Notes: a model not told the origin generated them from the letters alone. DNA of 64,000 bases from Entomortierella parvispora E1425 (GCA_020891255.1 BQFW01000008.1:1612001-1676000); one strand, 5' to 3'; shown: positions 46,141-60,000, counted from the first letter of the stretch. Numbers and translations are program-made.

Positions 46141-47164
46141 ATGAGCAACTCACAGTTCTCTCTCGATGCATTGCCATGTACGCACCCCGACACCTCTTGA
46201 AGTCAACCGAGAATGATTCTAGTATATTTTGAATACCAATCTCCCCAAACAACCTTGATTTCTAACCTCGCGTCCCCAATTCTTAGATGTCGACAAGCAA
46301 ATTGATGAGCCAGGCATGCGCTCCCTGGTTGACAAGCTTGTCGCAGCAGAGATGAAGCGGATGCCTAAACCTCAGGACCCGTCCGCCCTTTTCCCCGATA
46401 TTGAACTCTTTCAGACCAATGAGCTCATGCAACAGGAACTCGACCGTGTCCGTCGAGGCAAACCCATGGAGCCTCAACTTGACCTCACTCGCTACCAACT
46501 CGAACCACCCACCTCTACATCAGCAGCAGGAGACTCATCATTACCCACAACTGGATCATCATCATCAACAGCACCAACAAAGGATACCGTGATGGAGGAC
46601 GCCACGACAATAATCCCTTCTGCCTCGGAGGAACTCCCAGAAGGACAGGCTATCTGGCACAACGCCCTGGACAACGCCAACGCCCAGCTTGAACATCAGA
46701 ATCAGAGGATCTTGAACCTGGAACTGGTCCAAAAGTTTGGAAACAATGCCTGGAACATTCACAACTACCAACTCGAATACGATCTGAGCATGATCCGCAA
46801 TGCTGTGGACGAAAAGAAGTCAGAAATCATGGAATTGAACAAGCTGCGAAAGAGAGATCAGGTACGGCTCAAAAGAAGTTTCTCTATAGGACGGTACATG
46901 CACTCAAAAAAAATTGATCTGCTGTACTTTGCTTCTGTCTTCTGTTTTCTAACATCTCTGTGTGCATTTTCTGCTCTGCCTTATCGACCGTCACAGCTGG
47001 ATGTAGCGGAATCCCTTCAGAGACTTGAGGCCAAATGGGCCGAGTTGATCAGTTCTACGTTGCAGGTCGAGGTTGCGAGCGCAGGATTGGTTCAGGAACT
47101 GGAGCAAATGAAGAAATACGAGGCGCAATTGCTCCAGGAAGTTGGCGATCTTGAGAGCAAGTAA
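46141..47164 (+). CDS. SPF27: pre-mRNA splicing factor SPF27/BCAS2
   Basis: LDALP|YVD...AEM...LDLTRYQLEPP...NANAQLEHQNQRILNLELVQKFGNNAW...LNKLRKRDQ...LEAKWAELIS. Confidence 0.92.
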
Positions 47165-47327
47165 AGACCCAATAGTAAAGACATAGTAGGAAAATCATCG
47201 GCCTTTTATTGTTTTTGGTTTTTTTTTTGTTGTTGTTTGGTTGTTTTCCCCATCCTACGAATTTTTTAATATTTTGGTATTGGGGGGGGGGACAAAACTT
47301 TCGAGCTCTTCGATCGCAGAAAGAGGG

Positions 47328-50300
47328 CTATGCGTGCTGAGGAGCAGATGATGCAGAGTGCCTGGGATGTTGCCGAGGATGCTGTCCATCAGGACGTTGA
47401 GTTGGTGGGTGGTTGGCATAGTACATGGGAGGAGGGTAGTAGTAGTAGTTGTTGTAATCCTCAGGCGCCATCATCATCACCATTTCTCCAGCTGCACTGA
47501 CACCAGGCATGGACGGGGCGGCGGTGGTATGGATGCCTGGAGCAACTGATCCAGAGACGGCAACTCCAGACGCATCAAAGTACATAGGAGCCATGAAGGG
47601 CTGACCTGACATTGGCATGCCCATTGGCACTCCCATCGGCATGGGCATAGCCATAGGCATGGGAACCGAGACAGGTACAGATCCGCCGCCTCCACTCACT
47701 GCCATGGGAGGATAGTAGTAATAATACATGGGTTGAGCCATATGCTGCTGTTGTTGTTGCTGCTGCTGCTGTTGATGATGTTGCTGTTGCTGACGATGCT
47801 GTTGCTGCTGCTGTTGTTGTTGTTGTTGTTGAGGGTCGTAGTAGTAGCCACTGTCATTGTAGTTCCCGTCATAATACTCTTCGGTACTATACTCTGCCTC
47901 CGCCGACTCTTCTGAGGCCACGGGGGTCGATGGTTGGAAAGGAGCAGCGTTGATGGCTAAAATAGATCAACCACAAAATTAGAACGGTCTTAAAACAACT
48001 TGTCCACAGAATATATGCTCTATCCTTGAGACTCATGATGCCCGATTCTTACCAGTCTTGAGCGACCTTGGGGCAGAAGAGGTCGACTCTGCTTTTGGTT
48101 CGCTTTGGTCCTCTGCCTTCTTCTCGATCAGCGTATCCACTTTATGCTCGGGATCATTGTTCATCACCACCTCTTCCACTTTGGTGCTTAAGGTCTTGGC
48201 GACGTTAGCTGGCGCTGCAGAAGAAGTGGACTGGCTTTGTGGCTGATGCTGGTGTTGACCATGGTGTCCTTGATGTCCGTGGTGGCCTCCTCTGGAACCA
48301 AAGTTGGCAGGGTGACCATGGGGGAACTGACCACGCCCACGTCCACGGTTTGAGAAATTGCCAGGGATAAATTGAGGTCTAAAGCCAGAGTTGTTGCTGG
48401 AGGCTGGCTGACTCTGGGGCATTGGCTGCTTGAACTTTGAACTTCCAGCAGCTGGAGTCTTCTCTGTCAATCCCGAAGTTGTCGCGTTGGAGACCTTGCT
48501 TCCATTCTGCTCCTTGTCCGTGCTAGTGGAAGCAGAAGATGCTTCAGAGGGACTTTCTGCAGACTGTGCTTTAGGAGCTGGCTTAGGAAGGGCAGAGTGT
48601 AACATCCTGGACACCCGCTTGACATCTTTTTCTCCAAACTGTGCAGATGATCGAGGCCGCTCCGCCTTTGACGACTTTCCTTCCGTGGTCGAGGTCGAGG
48701 CTGCCTCTTGCTTGGCCGAATCACCTTCCTTTTTCTCATCCTTCTCCGATGCAGCTTTCTTGGCCGCGTTGTCCTTTTCAGACTTGGGCTGGGTAGAAGG
48801 AGTGGTCGTTGTGACACCAGAGCTAGGTCGGGATGCTGAGGCAGTCGTTGTTGCACTAGTGTTAGGTCGAGATGCAGATGGATCAGGTGAGTTCGTAGCG
48901 TTGCTGCTCTGTGGAGGCGTGGCATTCGTAGAGGACGTGCGAGATACTGGGGTTCCAGTGGGCTAACAAAGCAACAACGGAAAAATACAGAGTTAAGACT
49001 CTGTTTCATCAATGTAACTTTGGTAGAATAACACAATTACTGTCAAAGAGTCTGACCATACCTTGACAATCATAGAACGAGGTCGCTCGTTCTTCTGGGG
49101 TCGGTAGCTCCTGTCCTGGACCTTCATCATCTGATCGAATCCATCGTGGCTCCACCTGTCAGACTTGGGTCGAACAGGCGCCGCCTCCTTGTCTGCTGTT
49201 TCTACAGGATCCTGCTCAGTGCTCGAAGTATTCGCCAATTCATTTCTGAAGTCAGCACGAATGGGGCCTTGAGCCATGGCACCCCTGCCCATTCCTCCTC
49301 TGGAAGAATAAAAAGAAACTAAAGTTAGAAACGGCGCGATCATACAATTGACAATGTGGAGAATACAATGTCAATGGTGACGCTCTTTACCTTCCCATGA
49401 ACCGACCTCGAAAGTTTCCACGGTCTCCAAAGTTTTTCAATCCTGCACCACGGTACCGGTCGTCATGGCCCCAAAACTCTCCTAGGTGAGGAACAAAGCT
49501 GGGGTCCTCGGCCAGTTTCTTTCGGTATTCAACTCTGGCTTCGACAGCTGCGCGACCACCTCGACCTCTTGATATAGGACGACCAAGATGCGTGGGAGAC
49601 TTGTTCTGCTGCTGCTGCTGTGGCTGTGATTGTAGCTGGCCAGCTGACTGCTGCTCCGTTTGCTTGCTTTGGGCCGTAACAATCGGTTCTGGTACAGGTG
49701 AATCGCCCCAGTCTCCTGTAGGAGAGTCCAAGTCGAGTTCACTGGAGGATTCAGGGGTGGGCAAGCTGGATGCAGGAGCGGGCGTACTGGATTTGGAAGA
49801 GGGCGTACTGGATTTGGAAGAGGGCGGACCTTGCTTTGAGAGGCGACTTGCTTTAGATGATACGTTTGATTTCGCGTCTGATGGCTGCTTGGGCTGAGAT
49901 GATGACGAGGCTGATGCTGATGGCGAGGCAGATGCTGATGGCGAGGAACCACCACCAGAAGTAGACTTGCTGATATGATGAGTCGTAGCTTTGGCAGCGG
50001 CTGTTGATTCATCCTTTTTTTCGTCCACGCTTGCACCCCCAACCTGACGTTGCTTTGCCTCCTGCTTTTGCTTTTTGGACTTTTTCTTTTTGGGTGCTGG
50101 TGCTACCGAGGCTGGCGAAGAAGGGGAGGGCGTGGGTGAAGCCGGAGCCGAGTCTCGAATTGGAATAGGGGTGACGCCTGCATTTTCTTTTTCCTTTTCC
50201 TTTTCCTTTTCCTTTTCCTTTTCCTTTTCCTTTTCCTGCAAAGAGCCCTTGCCGCGACTCTTGCGTGAAGCGGGCTTTGTCAGAGACTTTTGTTGGACAG

Positions 50301-50874
50301 GCTGTTCTTCGCGCTCCAGGGAAAGCTTTTCCAGAGCAAGTCGTTTGATCTGTAGCTCTGCCTCTTCCTCAGTATCGGGGTCGTCGCTTTCAGAATCACT
50401 GGACGCGTGTCCATGGTGGTCGCCTTCATCGTCCGAGCTACTGACTGCCAGCTCGATCACTTCCTCGCCATTCGAGCGACGCGGTCCACGACGGGCCAAA
50501 GTCTTGGATCGACCCGTCTTCTTCTTTCCATTGGGTCGCTTCGCCGACTCTTCTGAGGTGGTTGAGGTGGCAGTGACAATAGGGGTGGCAGGGTCTGCAA
50601 AATAAAAATAAAGGTGGTCAGCAAGAGAAAAAAAAGGAAACATAACAGCAGTAGCGAGATGTGGTGAGGAGGTTAGATGGATGATGATATCCACACCTCG
50701 GAGAGACACCCCAAAGGACCGAAAAAAAGAAAGAAAAATGCTTATGCGCTGCGGCGAAGTGGTCGGTCTGTTTTGACAAGAGGATACAATACCTTTACTG
50801 CCCTGCGCAGGTGGGTCTGACTTCGTGACAGGAGCGTACTCGAGAGTCAAGGCCTTCAATGGTGGGCTTTGCAT
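47328..50874 (-). CDS. Btz/CASC3 (Barentsz, exon-junction complex)-domain protein, low complexity, multi-exon
   Basis: Btz motifs PSFVPHLGEFWGHDDRYR and RWSHDGFD. (EK)n tract and Q/P/Y-rich C-terminus. Confidence 0.8.
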
Positions 50875-51828
50875 GGTTGACAGAGGACGAGAAGGGAGGA
50901 GGTTTGGTCAAGGATGAGATGAAGTGAGAAAAAGAGAGGGGAGAAGAACAGTGCTGACGAATGAACAAAACACAAGAAAAAAAAATGAAAAAAAAGATCG
51001 CGTTCAGAGAAAGGAAGAGAAGGAGAAGTGGGCAAGTGGCCTGTGTGTTGGGCTTGTTGTTGTTTTTGTACAAATGAGCGTGCGTGCGCCTTTTGGGGTG
51101 TGGAGGATGGAGCAGAGGAGGGCGAGGAGTGAGGGAGAAAGAGGGAGGATGCAACTGAGAGAGGACGAAAGGGGTGAAATGAACAATGCTTGCAGAGTGA
51201 GTGGTGCACGGCAGAGGGGATCCCAATGCAACTCAAACTTCCATTAATGAATAATTTCAAATATGAAGGTTAATCGACATTTTATCACGTGGTGAAAGCA
51301 GTCCAATCTTTATACAAGGCAGCGCGGTCCATGCCATTTCGCTTTTGTTTCGACGCGAAACAAATTCCACATCTACTTTCATATCTTTCCACCCTCTCGC
51401 TTTCCCTCCTCCCACTCTCTCGTTTTCACTCCTGCACTTTCCTTTCACTCTCTTGTTGTCTCTTTGATCTGCCCATCAATCCTCAGACCACGACATCTGT
51501 CAGTTCCTCCCCCTACTCATCGCAAACACACCAGTTCCTCTCATCCAAAAAGCATCACGAACACAAGTCTACAGCAACCAACCTTGGTGGTCTTTGTTTA
51601 TTCGAAACGTTCACCATCCATTGTCACCACAGCGCCGCCTTTGTTCGCAAAGCACGAATTGCAGCAGACTCAACAAGGCTGTTTTATCCACAGGCAGCCG
51701 ACTCCTCTACACCTGCCTTTGAAGTTAAACCCATCAAGAGTGAGGTAAACCCAGTTGCCCTTCGAGATACAGTAGCATCCAGCCAGTAATCTAACCTTGC
51801 TAGCACTCCTCTTGTAGATATCTCCGTC

Positions 51829-54800
51829 ATGGGTGTCGCCGGATTGTGGCCCTTGATCAAGGCCGCGGGGATTCATGTGGATCCAAAAACCATAACCATC
51901 AACAACCTGCACTACGACGTGATGGCTTGCCATTACAATGATTTTATCAATGCCACAGTTGATAAAAAAAGCCTGCGTTATACGTCCGACGCGTCCCAGC
52001 CAGGCGGGGGCCCTGGGACAGGGCTATCATCCTCTTCCGTACAACAGCCTGTTGTCTCATCATCAACGGTCGCAACTGCTCCGGCTCATCAAGATATCAG
52101 AGATTTGGCAAAAAAGATCTTTGACGACACCTGGGCCCTATTTCCACTGTGCCAGTCCATCTCGTTCCACCTGGATGGCGCGGACGGCTACACCAAGGAA
52201 CAAGAGCACGCTCGTCGAGCCAAGACGCGGCAACAAGCACGTCACCGTGCCAAAGTTGAACTTGATACCCTACAGAGCAAGATTGATGGAGGACGCTGGA
52301 TCTCCAAGGCCCTTCCCGACAGAATATATCGCGACCTTCGCAAGGCCCACCGCCTCAGTGACGCCCAGAAGAAAGCTTTTGGTGATGCCATCAAAGAGTG
52401 CGACAAAGCGATGCAAAAGGCTCATGCTGGCCCTCTCACTGCGTCTAGATCTGACGGTCCTCTTCCAACTGCCATCCCTGCGACCCGTGCGACCTATTTC
52501 TGCCAGTGTAGTACCGAGGCAGACACTTGCATTGCATTCAGCTGCCACCCCTCTGGCCCTACTCAGCAAGCCCCAGCCAGCCCGGCCAATGACCTCAGAG
52601 ATGAAACTGTCGTCGTGACAAGAGACTCTGATTTAATCATGTATTCCGAAGTACAAACTGTCTTTCGGCCGAACCCCAAAGGTTCCTTCTTTTTACGGTA
52701 CAGAAAGAAGGATGTCAAGGAAGCTTTGGACTTCAGTGAGGATTTCCAGCTCATGACTCTGGCCATTGTCTGCAAGAACGACTATACGTCCAACTTTCCC
52801 GGGTTTGGAATCAAGAGAAACCGAAATGTCATCAGGGACTTTGACCCTGAGGTCGTCCAGGCGCGGAAAGATAGGGAGGCGGAAGAACGAAGAAGGAAGG
52901 CTGCCCTGAAAAAGTCGAAATCCAAGGGAAAGTCAAAGAAAAGGACCAGAGAGGCCTCTCCTACTGAAGAGCCGGTGGGCACAAGCACGACGGTGTCTGT
53001 TACCTCCCGAAAGCGAAAGCCCTCCCAAAGTTGGCGGACAATGACTCCACGTCAATATCTGAGCCATTACTGTGAGACGGTAACAGAAAGTCTAAAGGAC
53101 GAGCGTCGCGTTCTGCCGAGTCGATACGAGCGATCCCTTCTGGCTTTTGCTTTTCTCTGCGTATCCCTGGCTGGGAAGAAGGACGACAAAGTTTTAGTGA
53201 AAGCTGGAAGGAACACTTATGAGCAACGCACCATCGAAGAAAGGGACGAAGAACAAGAAGAGATTGGTTCAGATCAATTGGGACCTCCTGTCGAGATCGA
53301 TGAGCCAAAGCTGTTCCAGGATCTCTATGACCGATATGTCCAGGAGATGGGGAGAAGCAGAGCCCTTCCTGCAAACCCAGTGTCGGTCGCGACGTAAGTG
53401 TTTTGGTAGTTTGAAAAATGTGTATAAGAGTGCTAAGTTGACAAGATTACTCATCCAATGTGCTCAATGTCATTTCTATAGTCTGAAGACGTACAACTGC
53501 AGCTATCGCAATCATGGGCGCAGTCGTTGGCGTAACCCCTACGAGCACATCTTTCCACGCGTTGATTCCAATGGCAATGCCTCCTTTCTTGCTGGTCTCG
53601 AAGTCGCAGATATTGGGAACTGCAAAGAAAGGCCTGATGGACCACGCCAAAAACAAGGTGGTCGCAAGGGTCAAGGGGTCAAAAAAAACATGGCCAAACG
53701 TCGCAAACGCAAGACCAAGGCTGATGCTGGAACGGGCCGGGTGAAGATCTACCAGCAAAAAGCAGAGATTGACCCTACAAAGCCCCCCAAGAAGTCTAAT
53801 GTCACTGAAGAAACAACAAAGCGCCGTGCAATGGTCAAGAAGTTTGTCACCATTACCATGACGGCTGGGTCCCTGCTTGGCAACATCCAGCAGTGTCTAT
53901 CTGGTGCCGAGGCGATCGCAGTCAACAAACGCATTCAAGATTGTGTGGCCACAAAACTCAGATTGGAAAACGATCTGTACGACATCTATGCTGTCTGCAT
54001 TGACAAGTTCCGCCAGAGAACTACAGCGACTGCTGTTATATCCTCTCTTGTTGCTCCGTCCTTGGCTGACTTTGGTTCATCCTCCGCTGTTCCGTCTCTT
54101 GCTGGTCCGTCGTCCGCTGGCCTGCCCTCCACTCCCCTGTCAGCGCTGCTGGGCGCCGACGGTCTCCCAGATGACTTTTTTGAACAGATTGTCGGCCCCG
54201 GCGCCAATACAATCGCATTTGGCCTGGTAAACTTTCTCTTCAACGGCATCAGAGGCCAGAGTGCAAAGAGCGCTGAGGCTCCCACTGTTGCCAGAATGTT
54301 TGCTCTATACAAAGAGTCTCTACCTATACCTTTTTCGAGCTATAAGGAGAGAGGCTGGCAAGTGTTTCAAACGAATGCCGGACAGTCTTCGGCTGTACAA
54401 GTCGTCAAGAACATCAAACATCATTATCGGACAGCAAAAGTAGGTATTTTGACGATTATAATCTATGAACAAAGCACAGGTCAACTGACATTGTGTACTG
54501 TCTATCAAATTAGATCAACCATGAGGTCTGGCCAAAGTCCACCAAGAACGACTACATCGCGTGGTTTTTTCAGCACAATAAGGGTCAATTTGCTGACTAT
54601 GTTCAAGGCAAAATTGCGTCGCAGTTTACACGGGTTGATAGCGCCGACCTTTTTCGGTTTCTGGCTGCAAAGCCGCCTGGACCAAATACCGCAGAAGACC
54701 CTATTCTGAAGCAGCTCCTTCATCGCATTTTTGGTGCAGACAAGCCAAACCAAAATCAACGAGTGCGGTATGTCACGAAACACAAAGGATGGCTTTTTTC

Positions 54801-56365
54801 CCAGATTCTTTACAAGATCGATCCACCGGGGACCACCCGATTTCGAAGGTACCATCGTAAAGCCCGGCTGCAGGATGATGAGGACGACCCCAACCCACTG
54901 GTGCTAGGGCAAAGTCTCCAGACGAACGGGCGTGTCCTCAACATTCAAGTATCCGATACTAGACGACCCAGGCCCAAAAAGAAGAAAAAGTCAGAGGATC
55001 CCGACAGTCAAGATCCAGTTGACGATGAAGACGATGAGGACGATGATGAAGACGATGATGAAGACGACGGTGGCGACGGTGACGACGATTTTTTCGACTA
55101 CGATGAGGACTATGACCCCAACGAGATGCAGCCACTGAAAAACGACGACGAGGATTATGAGGAAGCCATCTCAGCCGATGCAGACAAACAGACAGCCCAG
55201 ACTGGAGTCGCATCCCAGCCCACATCCATGTCAAAGAACCCAGGTCCTGTCACGTTCAGCAATGGCTCTACGTACACTTTTGGCAAAGGGTCTGCCACAT
55301 TGCCCAATGCCAGCGTGTTTGACTTTGGCGATATTACTACGGGCGAGGTCACTGTCATTGGTATCGATCCTGGCGAAGTATTCTCGATGACAGCCACGCG
55401 CCTGAGACTCAATGCCGAGAAATCTGGGACAACAAACGACCGTGCGTCCAAGCGCATTCGACGGTCATTTCTTTACCATCCGGTCCGACTGTTCCAAGAG
55501 GCTGTCAGGGTGAAAAAGGTCAAAGAGCATATCCATCTGCTCGAGACCAATATCCCGCCCTACAAGCCTCTATCCATTTTAGAACGCATGCATTACATGC
55601 ATTCACCGGCCCAGCAGGTTCTGGGGAGGTTACTGGGTCCGAATATACCAGTCCCAAACCTTCAAGGCGCAGTGAAGGATGTGCTGTTTGACTTTTACCA
55701 CTCCCCTTGGATGCTAAAGAGAAAGTGGGACATGAGGAAGGCGCAACAGAGGGCCATTGATCTTGCGATGGACCAAATCTTCAAGCTCGCAGGAGTCCTC
55801 TCGGGCAGGAAGGCCGATGGTAGTGCTGGAACAACGGTGGTGTTTGCTCTTGGTCTTGGCTCATTCAACTCTCGGACGGGCCTGCCATCTAAACACGGGC
55901 CATTGGAGCGGCGATTCACTCAAAGGGTAAGTATCGCAAGGAAAACAACAACAACAAAAAAAAAAAAAAAAAAAAAAAAAAAGTGGCAGGGTTCTCTGTT
56001 GACATCATGAAGCTAACATTTTTTTTCCTTTGTTCTGATACATGATACAGGCCAGGCGGCTAGGATACATTGTCGTCGGCGTGGATGAATACTACACAAG
56101 TGCAAAGTGTCTCCGCCAAAACTGCGATGCGTTCTTGCAGTATGGGGAACGACGATCTAAGTATTGCACGGCATGCAAGCAATACTTTGATCGCGATGTG
56201 GTGGGATCGGAGAATATTGCGTATATCTGTATGCAATTCATTCTGGGACAAGAAAGACCGCCAAAGTTCTGCCCAATTCCGGAACCGTTCCACCTTACTG
56301 CCACGAATGTTAAGGACGCCGTCGTTGAGCTGAGTACAATGGCCATCAAAAGCCTCCTTGGCTGA
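51829..56365 (+). CDS. PIN(XPG/FEN1)-Fanzor fusion nuclease, copy B (intact, 1,416 aa predicted)
   Basis: Exons 51829-53393, 53482-54439, 54514-55926 and 56051-56365 total 4,251 nt in one frame. PIN motifs: MGVAGLW, HYDV, HLDG, TEADT, RDSD, KNDY...PGFG. RuvC/Zn motifs: LQTNG, GIDPGE, VDEYYTSAKC...C...CTAC...DRDVVGSENI. Confidence 0.9.
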
Positions 56366-57080
56366 CTCCTTTATTGTACCGAGGAACAAGAGCCATACCA
56401 AGAACCATACCAAGAACCATATAAGCCATTCGGAAAATGGCTAACCGATGTAAGTGTTTACAAGTGTTTTTGTCTGCCCCTCCGTCATACACAGTGATGC
56501 CCGTTGATAGAGTCCTGACCCCCAAACCCTTTCTTTCTCCTGCCTAACCTAACCTACCTCCTTGCCGTATGGTCTGATCAGTTACAACAAGTAAGTTGCA
56601 AATGTCATTTTTTGCATTAGTTGTCAACCTTCTTATAATGAACTAACATATTCCCACGATTTTATTCATTTACACGGGTTTAGCTGTATGAATGTGCTCT
56701 GTGCAAGTGGAAACACAAAGAACATGCGCTTTGCCACCATTTCGGCGTGTCACGTGCGTAGTTTGTTATAATTTCATCCAAATCTCCCTCCTTCATTCTT
56801 GCCTTCCTCTACCTCCAGGCTTCGCCAAACGAAGGGTCTTCTTAGATCTGTTCTGCTTGAGTTAGTTTCCTGTAGCATATTCCTCCCTTTGCCTATACCG
56901 CGCTTCACTCACTTATCACTCCTGGTGCGAGGATTTTGTCCGCGTACAGCTAAACTTCCCGAAATGCATAAAGACGTGAGAATAAATTAGTTGAAAATAC
57001 AAAGGTTTGCGTTTTTGTCCTCGGATTTTTGTTGCACTTACCGATGCTGTAAAGAAGGTTGTGCTCATTCCACATGAGCC
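56366..57080. ncRNA. candidate omega-RNA/3'-end region shared by the convergent Fanzor copies B and C
   Basis: Located immediately 3' of both ORFs, the usual Fanzor/TnpB omega-RNA position. It has hairpins at 56424-56442 and 57063-57079, and homologous inverted intron-like segments at 56591-56683 (+) and 57041-56950 (-). RNA identity is inferred only. Confidence 0.4.
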
Positions 57081-60000
57081 TCACTCGCGCGAGTGAACTT
57101 TGGCGAGCGCTTTGTCGAGAGGCGCTGGCCATGTCTGTGTTTGTAGGTGAGTACCCAAACATCTGGCGAGATTTTCGCCGGCGTTATGGTCTCTGTCGAT
57201 GTCCCAACTGCAGTTTTCACAAAGGATGGATCTGCCTTTCTGAACTGCCCGGAAGCGACATCGGCTGCAGAACTGACTGGATCGAAACTCCGGGAGCTTC
57301 ACCGCTGGGATGCCATTGGCATTCGCCTATAATGTATAAGAGAACCAGATGTTAGATATAACACCCCTTACTCTCTTTGAAAATCGACTCCAGCAACACT
57401 TACTGTCCGCGCCAGTTCGTCCAAGGTTTTTTCCTTTCGGCCGCCAAAGTCTCCGTCACCTATTCCAAGAACGGCTGGTGTCTCTCGATACTCCTGAACT
57501 TCAGTCGGTGGAATATTCGGGTGGGGAATATGCGCCATCTTGATAGCCGCTGCGCAGACCAGGCTTCTGTCGCTTCGGATCGCCGTCTTCATATCATAGA
57601 GATCCTTCTTGAAACTGATTGATCCGTAAAAGGTCCTTAGCTTCTCAAATGCAGCGAGGCGAGGTCTGAGCCAGTCCAAGTGGTTACTATAGAGTGCGCT
57701 GGCAGCTGCCCTCCAATCGCAAACTATTGTCCCGTTTTCCTGTGTGACCTTCACTTGTACGGGAGCAACATCTGCAATCAATGTGTTCTCCAGTTTGTCG
57801 ATCCCGTGGGTCTTTTTCTTTGCGTTTAGACATCCCATGTATCGCTTTTGAATATCTTTAGCCACGGTGTCGGTGATATCGAGGGTCTGTGAAAAGTCAG
57901 GGTACTTGGTGTGTACTGCGACCACGCTTGCAGGTTTCGCCCGGCCTGGATCTACCCCGATCCCGATAAAATGTGGGCCACCCAAAGGCTGAACACGCTG
58001 CGCTGTTGAGAAGAGGTCCTGGACATACGGCAGGGTTTTCGCATGTACTGCTGCAGCCTTTACGCCTGCGAGGTTTGGCTGTACCACCTGTCCCTGCCCT
58101 GGATTTCCATGTCCAACACTAGGACCCTCATTAGGATTTTCAGTCTCACTTCCAGGCAGGCTCTCCTCCAGCACAGGATCAGGAGACGTCCAAAGCTCTG
58201 AGTCGTATATATCCAAGGATGAAGGTAAAGCGGAAGATGCAGCAAAAGGTAGAGCGGAGGGCAGAGCAAGAAAACTTTCCTCTGGGACTACGACAGGGAT
58301 ATTGTGCTGATAACCACTGCCGGTAGGACTGGGGTTGCTCTTCGTATTCTTCTTTGGGCGTAATGTGGTCAAATCAAAAGCCAACACATGGAGGTTATGA
58401 CCGTCCGTCTTGATGACACCCGTCGGAACATAGTGTCTTCGAGGTGTGTTCTCGGCGCTACTGCTCGACCCCGCATGCAGACCATGTAGAGTCACGTCTC
58501 GCAGTTGTCGTTGTTGTGTAGATGACATGTTGCTTAAAATGTCCTTCAGCCGTTGCAATTCAACCTCCATCGACTTAAGGGCGTTCGAGATTGATCCACC
58601 AGTCGTATGGATGTTCGCGATGGTGGGGGGAGGGTTACCAGGAAGCTGTGACCATTGCCCCTGAAACACCGAGATACGATGGAGTAAGTCTTGAGAATCT
58701 GCCAGCCCTGGATCCTGTTTTTTAGCCAAACTGGAGCATTCCTTCAGGAGAGCGCAGAGTGTTTTGTCGATTGATGTGTATTCATCCAGGTGCTCCAGCT
58801 CTGTTTGAATTCTCAGGCGCGAATCAGGGATGAACAAAGCGCGCTCACTGTTCATGGCCGGGTTCATGAGAGCAGTGCCACGTCTGTACGAGGTATTTTT
58901 CGACATGAAAAAGTTGAAAAATAGCTCCCCTCTGTGGGCGATTGCTCGTTGTTCAGCGGCCGCGACCGTTCCAGTGAAGATTGCACCTAGTGCACTCTTT
59001 GTAGTTGGTGTAGGTTTGAGGTGTCGGCATGCATCAACGAACTCCCTTTCGGTTAGGTCCAGGTCCCGGTCTTTGAAGGCGATTACAGGGAATAGCGCAA
59101 CTTGACTGTCGGGTCGCAGTAACGCGTTCAGGAGCAAGTGAACGGATACGGGATCGTGCAGCTTTGACCGACCAGTGCCTTCAATCGAATCCAGAAAAAG
59201 TCGTCCTTGCTCGGACTTTGAGAATTGTATCTGCTGGACAAGAACCTAGCGAACAGGACAGAGACAAGAGTGAGCGACGAGCAAAGAGATAAAGACCATA
59301 AAACATCGCACTATGAATGTCAAGCACTTACTCGCTGCTTAAGTTCGCCGACGTTTCTCAGAACAAGGCTGCAGATTAAGTCGTGCGCGCTACGTGCGCA
59401 AGATTCCAAGAACTTGGCGCTGACCGCCTTCTCTGGTCTCTTTGTAAAGGGGTCGAATGGGAGCCCGCCGGCCTGCTGGTTGCTATGCTTCTTTTTGAAC
59501 TCCAGTACCACCGTAAACGCAAGCCGCTGTGTGCCTTCGCACTTGAGCTGAGTGAGGGTAGCGTCTGTAAGATCGTTCCATCTCCAAAGGGCTCGTACCA
59601 CATGATATACGAAGATTTGACTTGTGTAGACTGGACCAAGTGCATCTTTTCTTTTCTTGACGTCGTCCTCGTCAAGAGTGGGGTGAGACTTGAAAATAGA
59701 CAACGCATAGTCTTGCAATACCGCGATCGCCGACCAAATTGCGTCAGAGTTTGCTTTGACCAGGTCCATCATTATTGTCCGCATGGATCGGTACGTATCC
59801 TGTACTTCCAATAGTGTCGATCCCTTCATCTGGCTTTCAAGTCCTTTGTAAAGTGTGGAGCACAGAGTACCCGGCTGGAGTGCCACCTGGGAAAACGTTG
59901 TTTCCAGAGTAGCTTTAATGTGCGTGGTATCGTGCTCCCTCCTTGTCGCAGTGACTGAGCCAGCCGAAGACGTCAAGTCGCCCATCTGTTTGTTTACAGC

